Source of the DNA: Vicugna vicugna
Taxonomy: Eukaryota
DNA length: 64,000 nt
Reading direction: 5' to 3'
Assembly: GCA_013265495.1 (NCBI GenBank)
Contig: MU058781.1
Coordinates: forward strand, 9,343,009 to 9,407,008
Positions within the stretch are counted from its first letter, which is position 1, and every line of letters begins with the position of its first letter. The position numbers were made by a program, and so were the translations under genes. The notes below the pieces were generated by a model. It was not told the origin of the DNA and made no database searches. It worked only from the letters and a program-made list of their open reading frames with translations. This document shows positions 26,737 to 40,414 of this stretch, in pieces.

Positions 26737-26846
26737 AAGTTTTCAATTTTTTATCTTTTTATTGCACTATAATCTGTTACAATGTGTCAATTTCTGGTTT
26801 ACAGCATAATGTCCCAGTCACGCATATATATATACAAATTCATTTT
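26737..26846 (-). mobile_element. Very short L1 3' end with TSD
   Basis: T-rich tail, ttacaatgtgtcaatttctggtttacagcata L1 end motif, flanking direct repeat attcactttt. Confidence 0.7.
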
Positions 26847-29186
26847 AAGATTCACTTTTAATAAGACATGATGCTGCTGTTAAATCCCAATGTCACTTTT
26901 TTAGTTTTGGGATACTTGGTTTTTATTTCATAAGTTAAAGGAGTTCTGTTCTTGACAATAATGATAACTATAGAGCCCTGGCCATCAGTCTTTGTTTAGG
27001 CAATAAAGTTTTATTTGCTTGTTCTTAAAAGCTTGGTTCAAAAGCCCTGACAGTTAGGTGGATATTATATATTTAATCCAGATTTCAAATATCTTTCTTT
27101 GAAACGAGGCAAGGGCCAGTTTACTTATTGGCTGTGATCTGTGAGAGCATTTTGGTTGATGTTTTCAACATTACCTGACACTCAGAGATGGTTCATTCTG
27201 GAACAGATCCTTGGGTTGTGAGAGAGGTGAGTGGTTCTTTCCACCAAAGCTGAGTGGTTTATTTGCCCAAAGGGTAAGGTACACAGCTGGAGATGAAGCC
27301 TTACCCTGCTATGCAGAGAACAGTGCCCGTTACTTGCTCTATGATTCAGATGGTCATCCAAGGAAAAGTGGGAATCAGTTTTAAGGAACATTTTTCTGGT
27401 TAGTAAAATTTGAAATTTTCCTAAAAGATTTGGTTCTTTTACATTGTATTATGGAAGAATTGGCTGGGTACCTACATTTTTAAGCACCAGAGACTTGCAG
27501 TAAGATTACTTACAAGTGTTTGAATACTTGATCAATATTATGTGTGCTATGCAATATGCCGAAGTTTTTGTAGTTACCACTGCATGCAGTGAAAGCAAAG
27601 CACTGCAACTCCATGAACGATTTGGGTTTCTTGCAGGCATAGAAGAGCCATCACAAGGCACAGTGCTGCCTTCAGGAAGATTCTGGCTTCTTGAAGACAA
27701 CTCTTAGCACTGTAATACTGTTGTCATCTAATGGTTTAGACAATCTGTGTCCCTGAAATAGAAATTCTGTAGCGGGAGCACTAAATTCATTTTGATTAAT
27801 ATTTGGTTATGCATCATTTAATTATGTAATTTAACTAAAAAAAACCCCACATTCGTAAAGTTAGGTCTATGCAAGTATCCAGAATAACATGGTGATTTTA
27901 CCCCCATCCCTCCCTTTCAAGAAAGGACAATATGGGTGTGGGCTATTAGCCTGTGTTCGGAAGTGATTGAGTGGATGTTAGCTGCTTCCAGCACTGAAAG
28001 CTTTCATCCCCTAGGCGATTTGGATTCTTCTCTTACACTGAATGGTCTCTAGAAATGTCTGATAACCTCGAACTCTGCAGATGGTGGCTACTGAATATTG
28101 AAAACACATGTCCGCCAACATTTTAAAATGCTGTGATGCCGACTCCTCACTCGTCATTACATACTGAGTATGTGGACCTGTCAGTGTCCCTCATTAATTA
28201 CAGGGCTTGACGTTTCTAGGACTAACCAAGAAGATGCAGTTGGTTGTGAATCACTTTTTCCCCTGCCGAAATGCCAAGCTTCTGTTTTATAGCACTAAAG
28301 ATTAACAGAGTCGTCACTATTCTCAGCACCAGAATTTTTTTTGCCTCCATCCACTTGCTGATGCAGCATTTGTATAATAAAAAAGGACCTCTTCACCTCT
28401 TTAAAGTGCTTTAAATTTAGACAAATTTATGTTTTATCAAAAGGTTAATCCTGACAAATTACTGTAAATTATCTTTGGAAGGTCTGCTACAGGTGCTGCT
28501 GAATTAATTCTCTGCTATACGTAGCCAGATGTATGTTTTAGGAAAGATTTACTGCATTTGCTTTGGTATCAGTAGAACTAGAAGACACGGGATGCTCACA
28601 ATGGGACCAGGATCTTTGCCCAACTGTGAGGATAGGTGATGTTCATGAAAGGTTAAATTAGAGCTTTAATATTCTTCAGTGCAAACACTCTACTTTTTAG
28701 TGTCATCCATCTTTTTCTGTCTTTGTGACTTTTTTTTTTCTCTTTTCATGTTCTCTTTTTAGTGGGAAGGTAAAAACCCCTATTCATTTATTTTCTGAAG
28801 AGAAGTGTCCTTTGTGTGTTCATGACAAGCACTTCTCATACCCATTGTTTCTAGAAGCAGGAGGACTTCTTTCATTTCTCTGCTTCCTGGGTCACAGAGA
28901 TACAAAGAGAAGATGAAACAAAAGTGGGCCTTGAGAGAGGAATATAAATTAATGTTTCAAGCCAAAAAAACAAAACAAAGCAAAACAAGTAACATGTTGA
29001 GTGCATACCTGCAGGAGATGGCTTGGTAAGTGGAACAGAGGAATTAGATGCAGCCCCTACCTTAGAGGAGCTTCCAGTCCAAGACCCACACAGACAGGAT
29101 GTAATAGCAACTCATGAACTGATGTTAATTTGAATTGAACTCATGAACTGATGCAGCGAAGTTTCTGAATTTTGCACTAGGAATGG

Positions 29187-29600
29187 TCTGTTAGTTTGCT
29201 TGGGCTGCCACAACAAAGTGCCACAGGCTGGGTGGCTTAAACACCCAGAAATATATTTTCTTATCGTTTCGGAGGACAGAAGTCCAAGGTCAAGCTGCTG
29301 GTAGGGTTGGTTTCCTCTGCGGGCTGTAAGGGAAGGATTCATTTGAAGCTTCTCTCATTGGCTTGTAGATGGACGTCTTCTTCTGTGTCTCTTCATATCA
29401 CATTCATTTTGGGGGTGTCTATGTCCAAATTTCCTCTTTTTATAAGGATACTAGTCATATTGGATCAGGGCCCATCCTAAATGCCCTTTTAACTTAATTA
29501 CCTCTTTAATGATCCTGTCTCCAAATAGTCACATTCTGAGGTACTGGGAGTGAGAACGTCAACACATGAATCTGGGGGAAACACATTTCAGCCCATAACA
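29187..29600 (-). mobile_element. MaLR solo LTR (MLT1B/C-like) with perfect 5-bp TSD
   Basis: MLT1 motifs throughout, ends cccataaca; TSD aatgg at 29182-29186 and 29601-29605. Confidence 0.9.
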
Positions 29601-30074
29601 AATGGTTGCACTTATCCCTGAATGCTAACACTCATACTTCTTTTTCTTATTTCTTCGGTTCTTTCAAGTAGCTGAGAAATCAGAATTTTAAATGTTTTGA
29701 AGTTTCTCTTAGACTCTTCTGTGCTAATGAGCTGGAAATTGCTTTTAGAGTTTCTCAGTGTGTTTCGAAGTTCTGTGGTAGCCCTCACCATTGGGTGTAA
29801 TTCAGTGACTTATCATTTCTTATTTTCTGGTAGTATCATTATTGGTCTGGTATTGAATAAAACAGTTAGTAAAAAGAAGGAAGGAACTTTTGAAGGATGA
29901 AATGTTGGGTTGGTCCTTATGGAGAACAATGTCCTCCTCAAACATTGAATACCTGCCGTATGAGCCCTTTCAGATAGTTCTGAGGTCAATGAAGTGATTT
30001 TTTTCCCCCAGTGTGTCAGCTGAGTTAAGAATTCTTGGGAGAAAAAGAAGACGTGAGAGTAGCATCTCTTGGGT

Positions 30075-30840
30075 ATATTTTTTTATAATCTTTTTACTAA
30101 GTATAATATACATGAAGAAAGCAGACCCATCTTGACTGCACAATTCAATACATTATCACAAAGTGAACTCTGTAGATTAACAACGTTGATAGCTTCCTTT
30201 CTGTCCTCAGCTACTCTTCCCCCCAAGGGTAACTGTCAAGACTTTTATCACCACAGATAGACATTTTATTCTCTTTTCCGTGAATATAAATGGAATCATA
30301 TACTGTATACTCTTGTGTTTGGCTTTTTTTGCTCAACATTTTGTTTGTGAAATTCAGCCACGTTGCTGAGTGTAGCAATAGTTTCTTTGTTTTCGTTGCT
30401 GTTCAGTTTTCAGCTCTTTGGATGTGTCACAACATGCTGATCCATTCTCCTGTTGGTGACTGTTTGGATTGTTTCCAGTCTTTGACTGTTACAAGTAGTG
30501 CTGCTATGAATATTCTTGTAAATGTCACTTGTTGAGTGTATGTATGTGTTTCTTTTGTGGGATGGAGTCATAGGGCGTACATTAAGCTTTAGTAGTTACT
30601 GGTAAACAGTGTTCTAAAAGTGCTTGTACCAGTTCACACGTCCGCCCGTAATGTGTGAGCGATTCTGCGTTACCGCGGCATTGCTCGTGCTTGATGCTAT
30701 CATCAGTTTTTAGATTTTAGCCATTCTCTTGGACGACTACTGGAATCTTGTTGTGATTTTATTTTAAATTTCCCTGATGGCAAATAACTTTGAGTATCTT
30801 TTCATCTATTCCAACCATTCAGTTATCTTCATTTATGAAG
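30075..30840 (-). mobile_element. Old L1M-type LINE 3' fragment
   Basis: tataaatggaatcata, tggctttttttgctcaacat, gctgctatgaatattcttgta, ttttagccattct, atttccctgatg. Confidence 0.85.
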
Positions 30841-31984
30841 CAGTTTAAAGTAATCGTGGCCAGCAAACCTTCCCTCTTATTTCCCAGAAGTTTTCTAAGT
30901 CTTATGCAGGCGAATAATGGATTGATCTTTTTGCACATTTTGGTTCCTTATTGCTAGGGTGAAGCAGCTGGTTTGCTTGGGGGCAGTCTAGGTATATACT
31001 TTTAAAGAGAATCCTCATTCACTCTCTAGAAGTGTCCCAATTTGGACAATAAGTTTATGGTCACCCTATTTATAGCTATCATCTCTTCTGTATTATTTAA
31101 AGCTTTCTTATCTGAAATTACTTGTTCGTTTATTCTGTCACTGCTGAGCTGTTACTTTATGCTGGTGGTGTGATAAACACTGGGGGTATAAAGATACATG
31201 GAGCTTCACTACCCTTAAGGTCTTAAGTATGGTGGGAGAAAACAGATTATAGAAGAACTGTTTCACCTGACTCAATCATAGTTCTGTAATTGCAACTGTA
31301 AATTCCAGTGGAGCTAGATTTCTGCAAGAAGAATATCTATGCTAGTGAAATGGTTTGTTACATCCAGTAGCTTGTGTTGATGATTTATGGTATATTTTAT
31401 GCTACAAATGGTGACTTAGCAATTATATTTGGCCCAAATCACTGGGAGAATTCATTGTATGTTTTCCTTTAGCTTTGTGAAGGCAGTAGTTAAAAAAAAA
31501 ATCCCTTTTGGCACTCCATTTGTCTCAAGATCTTAAACTGTGTTGTGTATTTATGGCCAGAGAATTCTATCATCAACAGCTTCAGAGAACTCATGGTGCA
31601 GATACATGCTTTAAACCTTTGAGTTATAGTAAGAGAAACTGGTCTTAATGAGTTGAACGAAATGTCTGTTTTAAAAAATCATTCTGGTCCCTCTGTCCTC
31701 ATTCAGCTGGATCCAGCTGTGTTAAAAAGGCAATTTAATACTGCCTCTTATCCAGCAGAGAATACTGCTTTAATTTAAATGTATCTTCTCACATCTGCCC
31801 AGGTGCTTAGCTATCACTCTGTGCACACCCCCCTGTGTGTATAAACCATAAACACTGTCGTGGACTTGTCTGTTTACTTGTCCACGTCCTGGATTAGATT
31901 ATGATCGACTCAGAATTCCTGGCACCTGGCAAGATGCTGGTCGAATGAAGTGAGGATAAGCAAATAACGTGAGAACCTAAACTT

Positions 31985-32560
31985 ATTTACTCACTCATTC
32001 GTTCTTCCTTGCCACGTGTAATTACCGAGAAGCTATAATGTACCAGGCACAGTACCAGGCACTGGGGCTGGATAGGTATGGCCCCAAATAGATATGCCAA
32101 CTGCCCCATAGGCTTAGAGTTATGGGGTGAGGAGCAGACAATAATTAACTAATCACACAAAGTGGTGTTTAGTTACAGATTGCGAGGAGTGCTTCGAAGC
32201 AAAGGAGCCTGTGAAAATAAGCCTGATCCAGATTTGGAGGCTGGAAAGGCCTTCCAGAGAAAGTGGCACTTGGCATCTGAAGGATGAACAGGAATTAAGT
32301 AGAGGCAGGAGGTGAGGCAGATGGGAAAGCATCTCAGGCTGGGGAATGGCTTGTGCAAAGGCTCTGTGGTGGGAAGGACTGTCTGCGTGTTGGACCATGG
32401 ATTTCCAGAAAAGAGAAACCCGGGGAGACAGGTTAGACTGTTCCTGGCCCAGCAGGATTCATGGAAGTTGCTGTTCTTCAAGAGCAATGGTTTGCCTTTT
32501 GAAGGTTGTCCAGGAAGGTATAGGAGTGCTGTGATCAGATTTGCACTGTTCGAGGAACTA
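31985..32560 (-). mobile_element. L2 LINE 3' portion
   Basis: actcactcattc tail, taccaggcactggggct, ggcttgtgcaaaggctctgtggtggga, gtgatcagatttgca. Confidence 0.8.
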
Positions 32561-32689
32561 GCTCATTATTTTGCAAATGTAAATAAAGAATCAAATATTC
32601 AATTCACTGTGAGTACAATTTATATTTCAAAGCAATTAGCACACGAAGAGAAGTTTCTCTATAGTGTTCCAGCTAATACCTGAAAAGGA

Positions 32690-33520
32690 GAGAGAGGCTA
32701 CCACCCTTTCGCAGTCCTTAATGCATTGTATGTTTAGGCAATCATTATCAACAGCTGTGAACACTGCAAAAGGAGCTCTTCCTGGAAGTATATAACACCA
32801 CCATTTGGTAGACTTGTTAAAACAATCAAACCTAAATCTGACCAGGCTTCTAGATCTGACGAGCATATTTTCAGGAAATGTGATGGGCAGAGGAGTATGC
32901 TACCCACATCACCACGGGATGCCATAAGTAAAATCCGGATACTGGGAGACACTACAGCACAAACGACCTTCATTATTTCAACGAAGACATTGCAAGGAGA
33001 AAGAAAGAGAGATGGGGGAACCTGTAGATTAGAAGATTGATATAAATGTATAATATATTACAATTGATATAAATGTTTGGATTCCGATTTGAACATGCTA
33101 CTGTAAAATAAAACAAAACATCTATGAGACAATTGGGAGAACTTGAACACTGGCTGGATATTTGGTGATATTCAGGGATTATTGTGAGTTATTCTTGTAT
33201 AATAGTGCTATTTGATTGTGTTTAAAGAATAGCAACAGAAGGAATCCTTATCTCTTTAGAGGTACTGAAATATTTATGAAAGGAATGATGTGATGTCTGA
33301 GACTGGCTTCCAATGAGGAGTAAAAGTGGATGAATGTTGGAGCTGGGTGAGGGTCAAGGGGAACTTGATTTAGTTTTTTTTCCCCCTTAACAGAGGCACT
33401 GAGGATTGAACCCAGGACCTTGTACACTTCAAGTACACCCTCTACCTACCGCTGAGCTATATACCCCTCACCATCCACTTTTATTTATGCTTAGCATTTT
33501 CCATTATAAAAAGTTTTGAA
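32690..33520 (+). mobile_element. L1MC-type 3'UTR fragment interrupted by a SINE
   Basis: aacctaaatctgaccaggcttctagatct, tgaacactggctggatatttggtgatatt, actgaaatatttatg. Confidence 0.7.
33374..33470 (-). mobile_element. tRNA-derived SINE (camelid-type)
   Basis: Reverse strand carries A-box-like tagctcagcggtag and B-box ggttcaatcc, with an A tail. Confidence 0.8.
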
Positions 33521-33699
33521 AAGTTATAGGTGAAAAAAAAGATGACTTTGGGTTTGATTTTTCTCCTCACCCCGCCAAATTCTCAGTATGTTCAAGTTGA
33601 AATTTTATCAGCTGTTCATATTTTAATATATTAAAGTATTAAAATATTTTAGTTTTATTATCTTGATATATTAGTATATTTTAGTGCCTATTAGAATGA

Positions 33700-35330
33700 T
33701 TAGTCTTTTAGAAAATTAATACTGTTAATTGTGGGAAATTTGGCTGTTTAGGAGAAACCCAACAAAGACAATTAATAGTGATAATCCCCTCACCCTGGAC
33801 AGAGCTAATGTTAATATTTTTGGGTGCCCAGTCTCATTAATGATATATACATATGAAGTATAATTTTAATCATAAAATTATTTGATTGTATGGTAAGTTC
33901 TTTGGTTCTTTTTCTAACAGACTGTTGTGAACATTTTCCCAAGGCATTAGGGATTCTTTTATAAACTCATTTTAGTGGCCGTTTAGTACTATATTGTCTA
34001 GACATTAATGACAAAATTTATTTAAATAGTTTCTTTTTATTGAACATTTAAGGGTTTTGTTTTTTGTTTTTTTAAATTTTTCACTATGTAAAGGATGTGC
34101 TAATGAATAGCCTTATAGATATATCTTTGTGAACACTCTGATCATTTCCTTAGAGTAAATTCTTGTAATTGAATAGCTGGGTCAACGAGCGTGTACTCTT
34201 AAGCAGTTAATACATAGCCCTTCAAAGTGTTGACACTGATTTGCACTCCCATAGCTGTACATGAGAATGTTTATTATTTCCTATGCCTTCATTAACTCTG
34301 ATCAATTTTCTATAATTTTTTAACTAGTTTGTTGATGAAAATGGTATTAAAATGCTTTGATTCGCATTTCTCTGATTCCCATTGAGCTTGAACATTTTTT
34401 ACTATTTATCACTGCATTAGTCTTTCAATTGCCAGACATGTCCTTTGTATGTTTTTCTATCTGTGTTCTCTTTTATTATTGATTATGCATACTCTTTATA
34501 TATTAAGGACAGTATCACTTTGCCAGTCACGTTGTAACAATTTTCCCTGTGTGTTTTTAAATTCAGCATAAGGAATTTTTTGGTATAGACATTACATATT
34601 TTTATATATTCAGATTGATTAATCTTTTTGTTCATGGATTCTCTCCTTGGTATTATAAAATCCTTTGCCATTTTAAAATTGTTATATTTGCTTTTTGTTT
34701 TTCCTATTTTTTCACTTCTTTTATATTTGACTCTTTAATTCACAATGACCTAATTTTGCTATATTGTTTAGAATAGGGATCTAATGTTGTTTTTCTAGTA
34801 GTGACCAATTATCCCAGAAATTGAACAAATCTTCTCTCTCTGGTTTGAATTACTACCTCTCTCATATATTAAAGTTTTTTATACATAGGCTTTCCATACC
34901 ATGCTACCTAATCTTATGCCAGTATTACAGTATTTTAAGCATTGCAACTGTGCAGATTGTTTTAATGTATAGTATCAATATCTGTCTTTTTAAAATTTTG
35001 TTTTATTTTATTAAAAAGAAATGTCTTGGCTTCCTTCCCTCTCTCCACCCTTTTAATCTTCCAGTTGCCTTTATCATTGTATTAAGGTTCAACAAGAATT
35101 TTCTTGTAGCCAGTGGGATGACTTTAGACATATTTAGGAGAGATTTGATATTTTTACATTATTCATTTTCTTCTCATCCAATAATGGATTATCTTTTACC
35201 CTTCGACAGTGTTCTTTTCTGTGTCTCAGACAAAGTTTTGTATAGGCCCTGCATCTTTCTTGTTAATGCCTAGATATTTATACTTGGTGATGTTATTGTG
35301 ATTATGGTCACAAAAATGTAACAATTTTAC
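33700..35330 (-). mobile_element. Highly diverged L1ME-type LINE
   Basis: atttccttagagtaaattctt, tttgcactcccatagctgtacatgagaatg, gcatttctctgatt, tagggatctaa. Confidence 0.75.
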
Positions 35331-38300
35331 TGAGATATAATTTACCTTCTATTTTGGGGCTCACTTTCAAATCTGATCTAACCCCTAGGTCAAAGCATAC
35401 ATACTATTTTCATGATACTTTTAGTTTTCTGTTTCATCTTTTTAAGGATGATTCTGACCATCTGTTGTTGTATATTGTCTTTCAAGACAGGAAATGGGAT
35501 TATGTAATGTGGAGATCTCAGGATTAGGTATATGGAAACATTAAATTCTGGTCTCTGCTTTGTCATCACGTGGCTGTGTGATCTTAAACAAATCACTTAA
35601 CATTTCTGGACTTTGTTTTTCTCTAAGGTTCTCTCTAGCTCTATATTTCTAAATATATAATAGCCCCTCAAAATATTTCAGCCTTGCAATTTATATTCTA
35701 GAGAGAGGGAAACCAGAACTGAAATGGTAGCATAGCAAATAAAATGCTACAGAAATAAAAATTTAAAATATATTCTGTGTTTCCTCCTCTTTCTATTTAC
35801 CCACTAGAAGCTCAATTTTGCGTTTTCATTGCTCAGAATATTAACTCTGAGTCCTAAGTCTATCAAGCGTGACTAAGAATAAAGCATGACTTCATTCTGA
35901 AGGATCTGTCACCCCTCTATTTTGGATGCTAGTTTTAACACTTCTGAGGGGGAGAACACATTTTTATTTTCAGGTTTATTTTTATAACAGATGACCCAAC
36001 TTGAATATTTTGAACCTGGTAACATTTTCACATAGGCTGTTTTTTTTTTTTTCCTGCTGATATAAAAAAAGAGTTCACTGAAGTTGAGATCTGAAATGCT
36101 TATTGATTATGGAAAAGAATGGAAAACTGATGGCTGGTAATCCATGCCACAGACCAGTTGGGCAGAGAATGTGTTCCTGGCGGGGTGCTGACTATTACAA
36201 ACTTCTATTCGTTGCTCTTCATTTCTGCCACTGAATATGTAATAATGCTGGGTTCTCAGAAGCAACTGAATTTGCAGTAATAGCTCATGAAGTCATTTTC
36301 TATTTAAATGACCTGCACTCTGTAGACTAAATACTCTTTAACTGGGACGATATTAATATATGTCTTTGACAGCAACTGCATTGAGAAGACAGCCTTTGCA
36401 AAAGACTTTTGTCACCCATCCAAGTATGGGTCTTTTATGACAGATTGTTGTGTATCTGAAGGAGCTATTGTGTCAACAAAGAGCATCATAATGAGTCTAA
36501 AAATCTGACTCAATGGAACAAATGTGTTTTAATGGCACGCATTTTACTTTAAAAGGATGTACCAAAATAGAGTGAGTGTCTGAAAGCAGGGCATTATTTT
36601 ATAATGAAAGACTAATATAGGGGTAGTTCTAAGGAAGAATGGAACTGGGAATGAAAATTGACTTAGGGTGGATAAAATCACTCCCATCAGCAAACCACAA
36701 ATGCTATAGGGGCGTCATCTGCAGTGGTACAGGAGGGAAAATTAAAAGGGGTACAGACCCCCCAGTCGGTCATTCACCGAAGTTCACCCCAGTGAGGTAC
36801 AGGGTTATGTGGGGCATAAGACTGCCTTCCAGTGGCACTCAAAACACCGAACAGCTTGTTTGGGGCTTACAAAATCACATTTACTAAAATGCCATGCAAG
36901 CAATCCTAGAATAGCCTATTTCTGTCAATGTTTAAATTCTACTTATTAAGTGGCTATAATCCTATGGAGGAAAGAATTAAGTTTGGAGACTGAGATAAAT
37001 TCTCTAACCGGTTCAGCGCATAAGGGATTATTTGTAGGACTCAGGACCAAACTTGTATGTAAAAAGGGGATATTACATAAAAACAATTTTCTTTGAAATT
37101 GACATTGTTGTACTTCTGGAATTGATTTTTAAGGACTCTTTATTACTGATATTTTTGGTAAGAAAATTTGCATTTTATGAGAATATAGTATAGGACATTT
37201 TCTGCATTTGTATTTTTCGATTTATCTGAATCCCTAGCCTGAGATATTGGAAAACCTGTTCATGTGTACTTATCTGCAAAAAAAATGATGCATGTGATGT
37301 CAGCCTGGGGATTATTTCTTCCCTTTTTTTCAGTATCTATGACTAGCCACATGTTTTTCTGTGTTGCATCTGCTGGCTGAAAACAAAAGCAACATCTATT
37401 CCATCAAAGGCCCTTAAGGAGGTGGATCCCTTTTTGGCAAGAGAGAACAGAGAAAACTGAAAGGAGAATATGAGTCCTGAAATGTCACTTAAGACATTTT
37501 ATTTTCTGGGCAGGGTTTCCTGTTGACCCCAAGGCACCTTTTATGTCCCTTCCCATCTCCTCTTTCCTGCTTAGATTGCTACAGGGTTCTTTCTGGTTTC
37601 GTTTGCAAATTGCTCACTTCATAAGTGCATGGTGTGGTTCTTTTCTCCTTCCTTTAGCTGCCTCCTTTTAGCTACCAGTAACCTGGCATAAGGCAGCAAT
37701 GCCCTTTTTAGAAGTACTGTGTGGTTTGCAACTTCTTGGGGTGGAAGTCTGGGGAGAGAGAAATAGCCACAATAATTAGGACGAGCACTGCAAATTGAGC
37801 GCCGCCACGGCGGATACGTGGACTCGTATGTACAGAGGTCTCCTGAGGAAGGTGTCTTACCCTGAAGTGCAATTCTGGGCGCCCTTGGGCAGGAAGCATC
37901 TACAAGGTTTGCAGACTTAATACAGAACAAGGGTTCCACGATCTGGAGCCAAAGGGTGGTGAAGCTCAAGGCGTATTTTCCAGTCTTCTAGGTTGAGGGG
38001 AATATGATCCACCTTTAAGAAAGTAAAATGGACCAGCTACTTTGGTGCAAGAGGTACATGTTCTTAGAGCACAACTGTATGCTGTCTCTGCAACCATGTT
38101 ATAAACTATTTAAGAAAACAGTCTGTATCCGTCTACCTCTGCCTTGTCTCTGAAACAATGCCTCCCATTAAGGCACAGATTGCTGTGGCCAAATGAATTA
38201 AATCGACTCTCAAATGCTAGTTTGAATGAGAGAAGAAAATTAAAGAACCATCTCTCCAATCCAAGCTCCTGAACCCTTTGCTCATCTGTCCTGTTAATTT

Positions 38301-40414
38301 CCCCCACTGATAAGAACCTGGGAATGTGCAGATGGCACAAAGAAGACATTTTTGTCAATTGGCACCAGGGAAAGAAGGGCAGAGGTTAAAGAGAACAAGG
38401 AAAGGCAAACTTTGGGGCTGAAAAGCAACCCCCGGTTGGTAAGGTGGATGGGGAACTCTCTTGCGGGGAGATGCCTCCATGAGTGTTGAGGCTGCCCTGG
38501 GAGGTCATGTAGCTCCATGTGAGGTCCCAGAAGTGAGCTTCTCTTCGCAGAGTTCCAGACTAAATTTCAGTGGACAGAAAGGGGTCTTTTGTTCTTTGAC
38601 AAACTGCACATTACATAGTCTAATATGGCGAGGTCAGGTTTGTGAATGATGGAGGGGTTCATTTAAGGAAAAGCCATCTTTGTTGAAAATGGACTGAGTC
38701 AAGGGTGGGAAGGTGAGGCGAGGCAGGTGTCTTTTTGTGTATGGTAGGACCCCATTTTCTAAAACATAGCTGTTGAGTACTAGGTGCTTAATACCTAGTT
38801 GTTGAGTGAATGCCTGATGGATCTTTGGGGCAGTATTTGCGGTATATGTTTCACTAGAAGAGTGTGAAGAACTGTCCCTCTCCAGTGAGGGACAGTTCTC
38901 TTTCCAGAATGAAGCTTACCACCAGGAAAGAGTGTGTCTTACTGAAAACAGACTGGAACCGTTGCCTTGGTTGACATGTTCTTTCTGTGCTTAAATGAGT
39001 TTCAGAGTGCCTTCGGAAGCTGCTGGTAGAGTGGATTCCTGCCGGGTAACCAGAAGGCCAGCCCTGCGCATGTCTAGGTTAGACAAAGATAGAAATGTGC
39101 TTCTGGACTCCCTCCTAGCCTAAAACTACTCACTGGCACCAGAAACTCTTTTCTGTATTTAAAAATTATGGTAGTCTGTAATTTTGCACACTAAATTTGT
39201 CTGTGTTGGTATTGGCATCAGTTAACTCAATCTCCTTTTCCAATGCATCGCTCACCCACACATTTGTAACCCAAGATGGTGGCATAGGAAATATTTCCAG
39301 CCTGGAAACATAGTAAAGAGAGGAAGTGCTCCTTCAGGAAGACAACTGGAAACCTGCTGTCACAGTTCCTTAGCCATCTTTGGGCTTACCTTTTCAACCG
39401 TTCTACCTGAAATAAATTTGCTCAACAAAATAGATCTGATCATGGAAAAATTGGAGACAGGAACTTTGGGAAACATTAATTCACAATTCTGTGAACACTG
39501 GTTGCCCCTCCCTGTCCAATTTTATGTTAGGCACTCTCTTGGGCTTGGGGGCAGTGGTTATGAATAAGGCAGCCACCCATCCCTGAGGGTGTTCACTAAA
39601 TTCATTTCTTCTCCAAGGGAAGTAAGCTTATGAGATGACACTAAATTTATGAATTACTTGGTTTTTTTTTTTTTGCCAATCTCTATGCAAAGCCCTTTAT
39701 ATTCCTGTCCAGTCTCTGTGCAAGGCGCTTACTCCAGTTATTGCTTAGAACAACTCTGTGAGAAAGATTTTGTGGATGTGGAAACTCCAGCTTCGAGGGT
39801 ATGGATAACCTGTGCAAAGGCCCATGGATGGAATCAAGATTAGCCCTGGATCGCGCTGACTCTAACAAGTGCTCCTGGGTCCAAGACAAGTTGCCACCTG
39901 CTCCTACATGCCCTGTGCTCCCACATACGCTGATGGGACCTTCGTGCTTTGTTCTTAGTGAGGGGAAGACCTGACACAGCAGAATTTCAGAGTTCTCTAA
40001 AACAAAGTCCGTCCCTGCCACCATGTCCTGCTTCTTCCTTGAATGCTTGGATATATACTTGTCTGGGCCACCACACTCTTTCTTCCTGAAGTGCTTACTT
40101 GGGAAAAAAAAAAAAAAAACCACAACAACAGATCTTGGTTTTCTTGAGACCCTATTGAACTATCAGTCATTTTTCATTGATGCAAACATACTAGCCTGGT
40201 GTCAAAAGAAGATACTTATTTTATTCTGGGAAGAAAACCTTGAAACTTAAATCTAAATTTTCTTCAAATCATTGAGAAGGAATGAGATCTTTTTCAGTAA
40301 TCATACCTCCTAAAGTTATTGCTTTCTTGTTAAGAACTCAAAGTTTGGTATTATCTCAATTTACTGTGTTTCTCTAATGCAAGCTATAGCCAAAAGGTTG
40401 ATAAATGGAGTGGT

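Noticed and set aside
34821..35273. 150-aa hydrophobic ORF
   Set aside because: Lies in T-rich antisense old L1 sequence; the F/L/I bias reflects base composition, and there are no splice or domain features.
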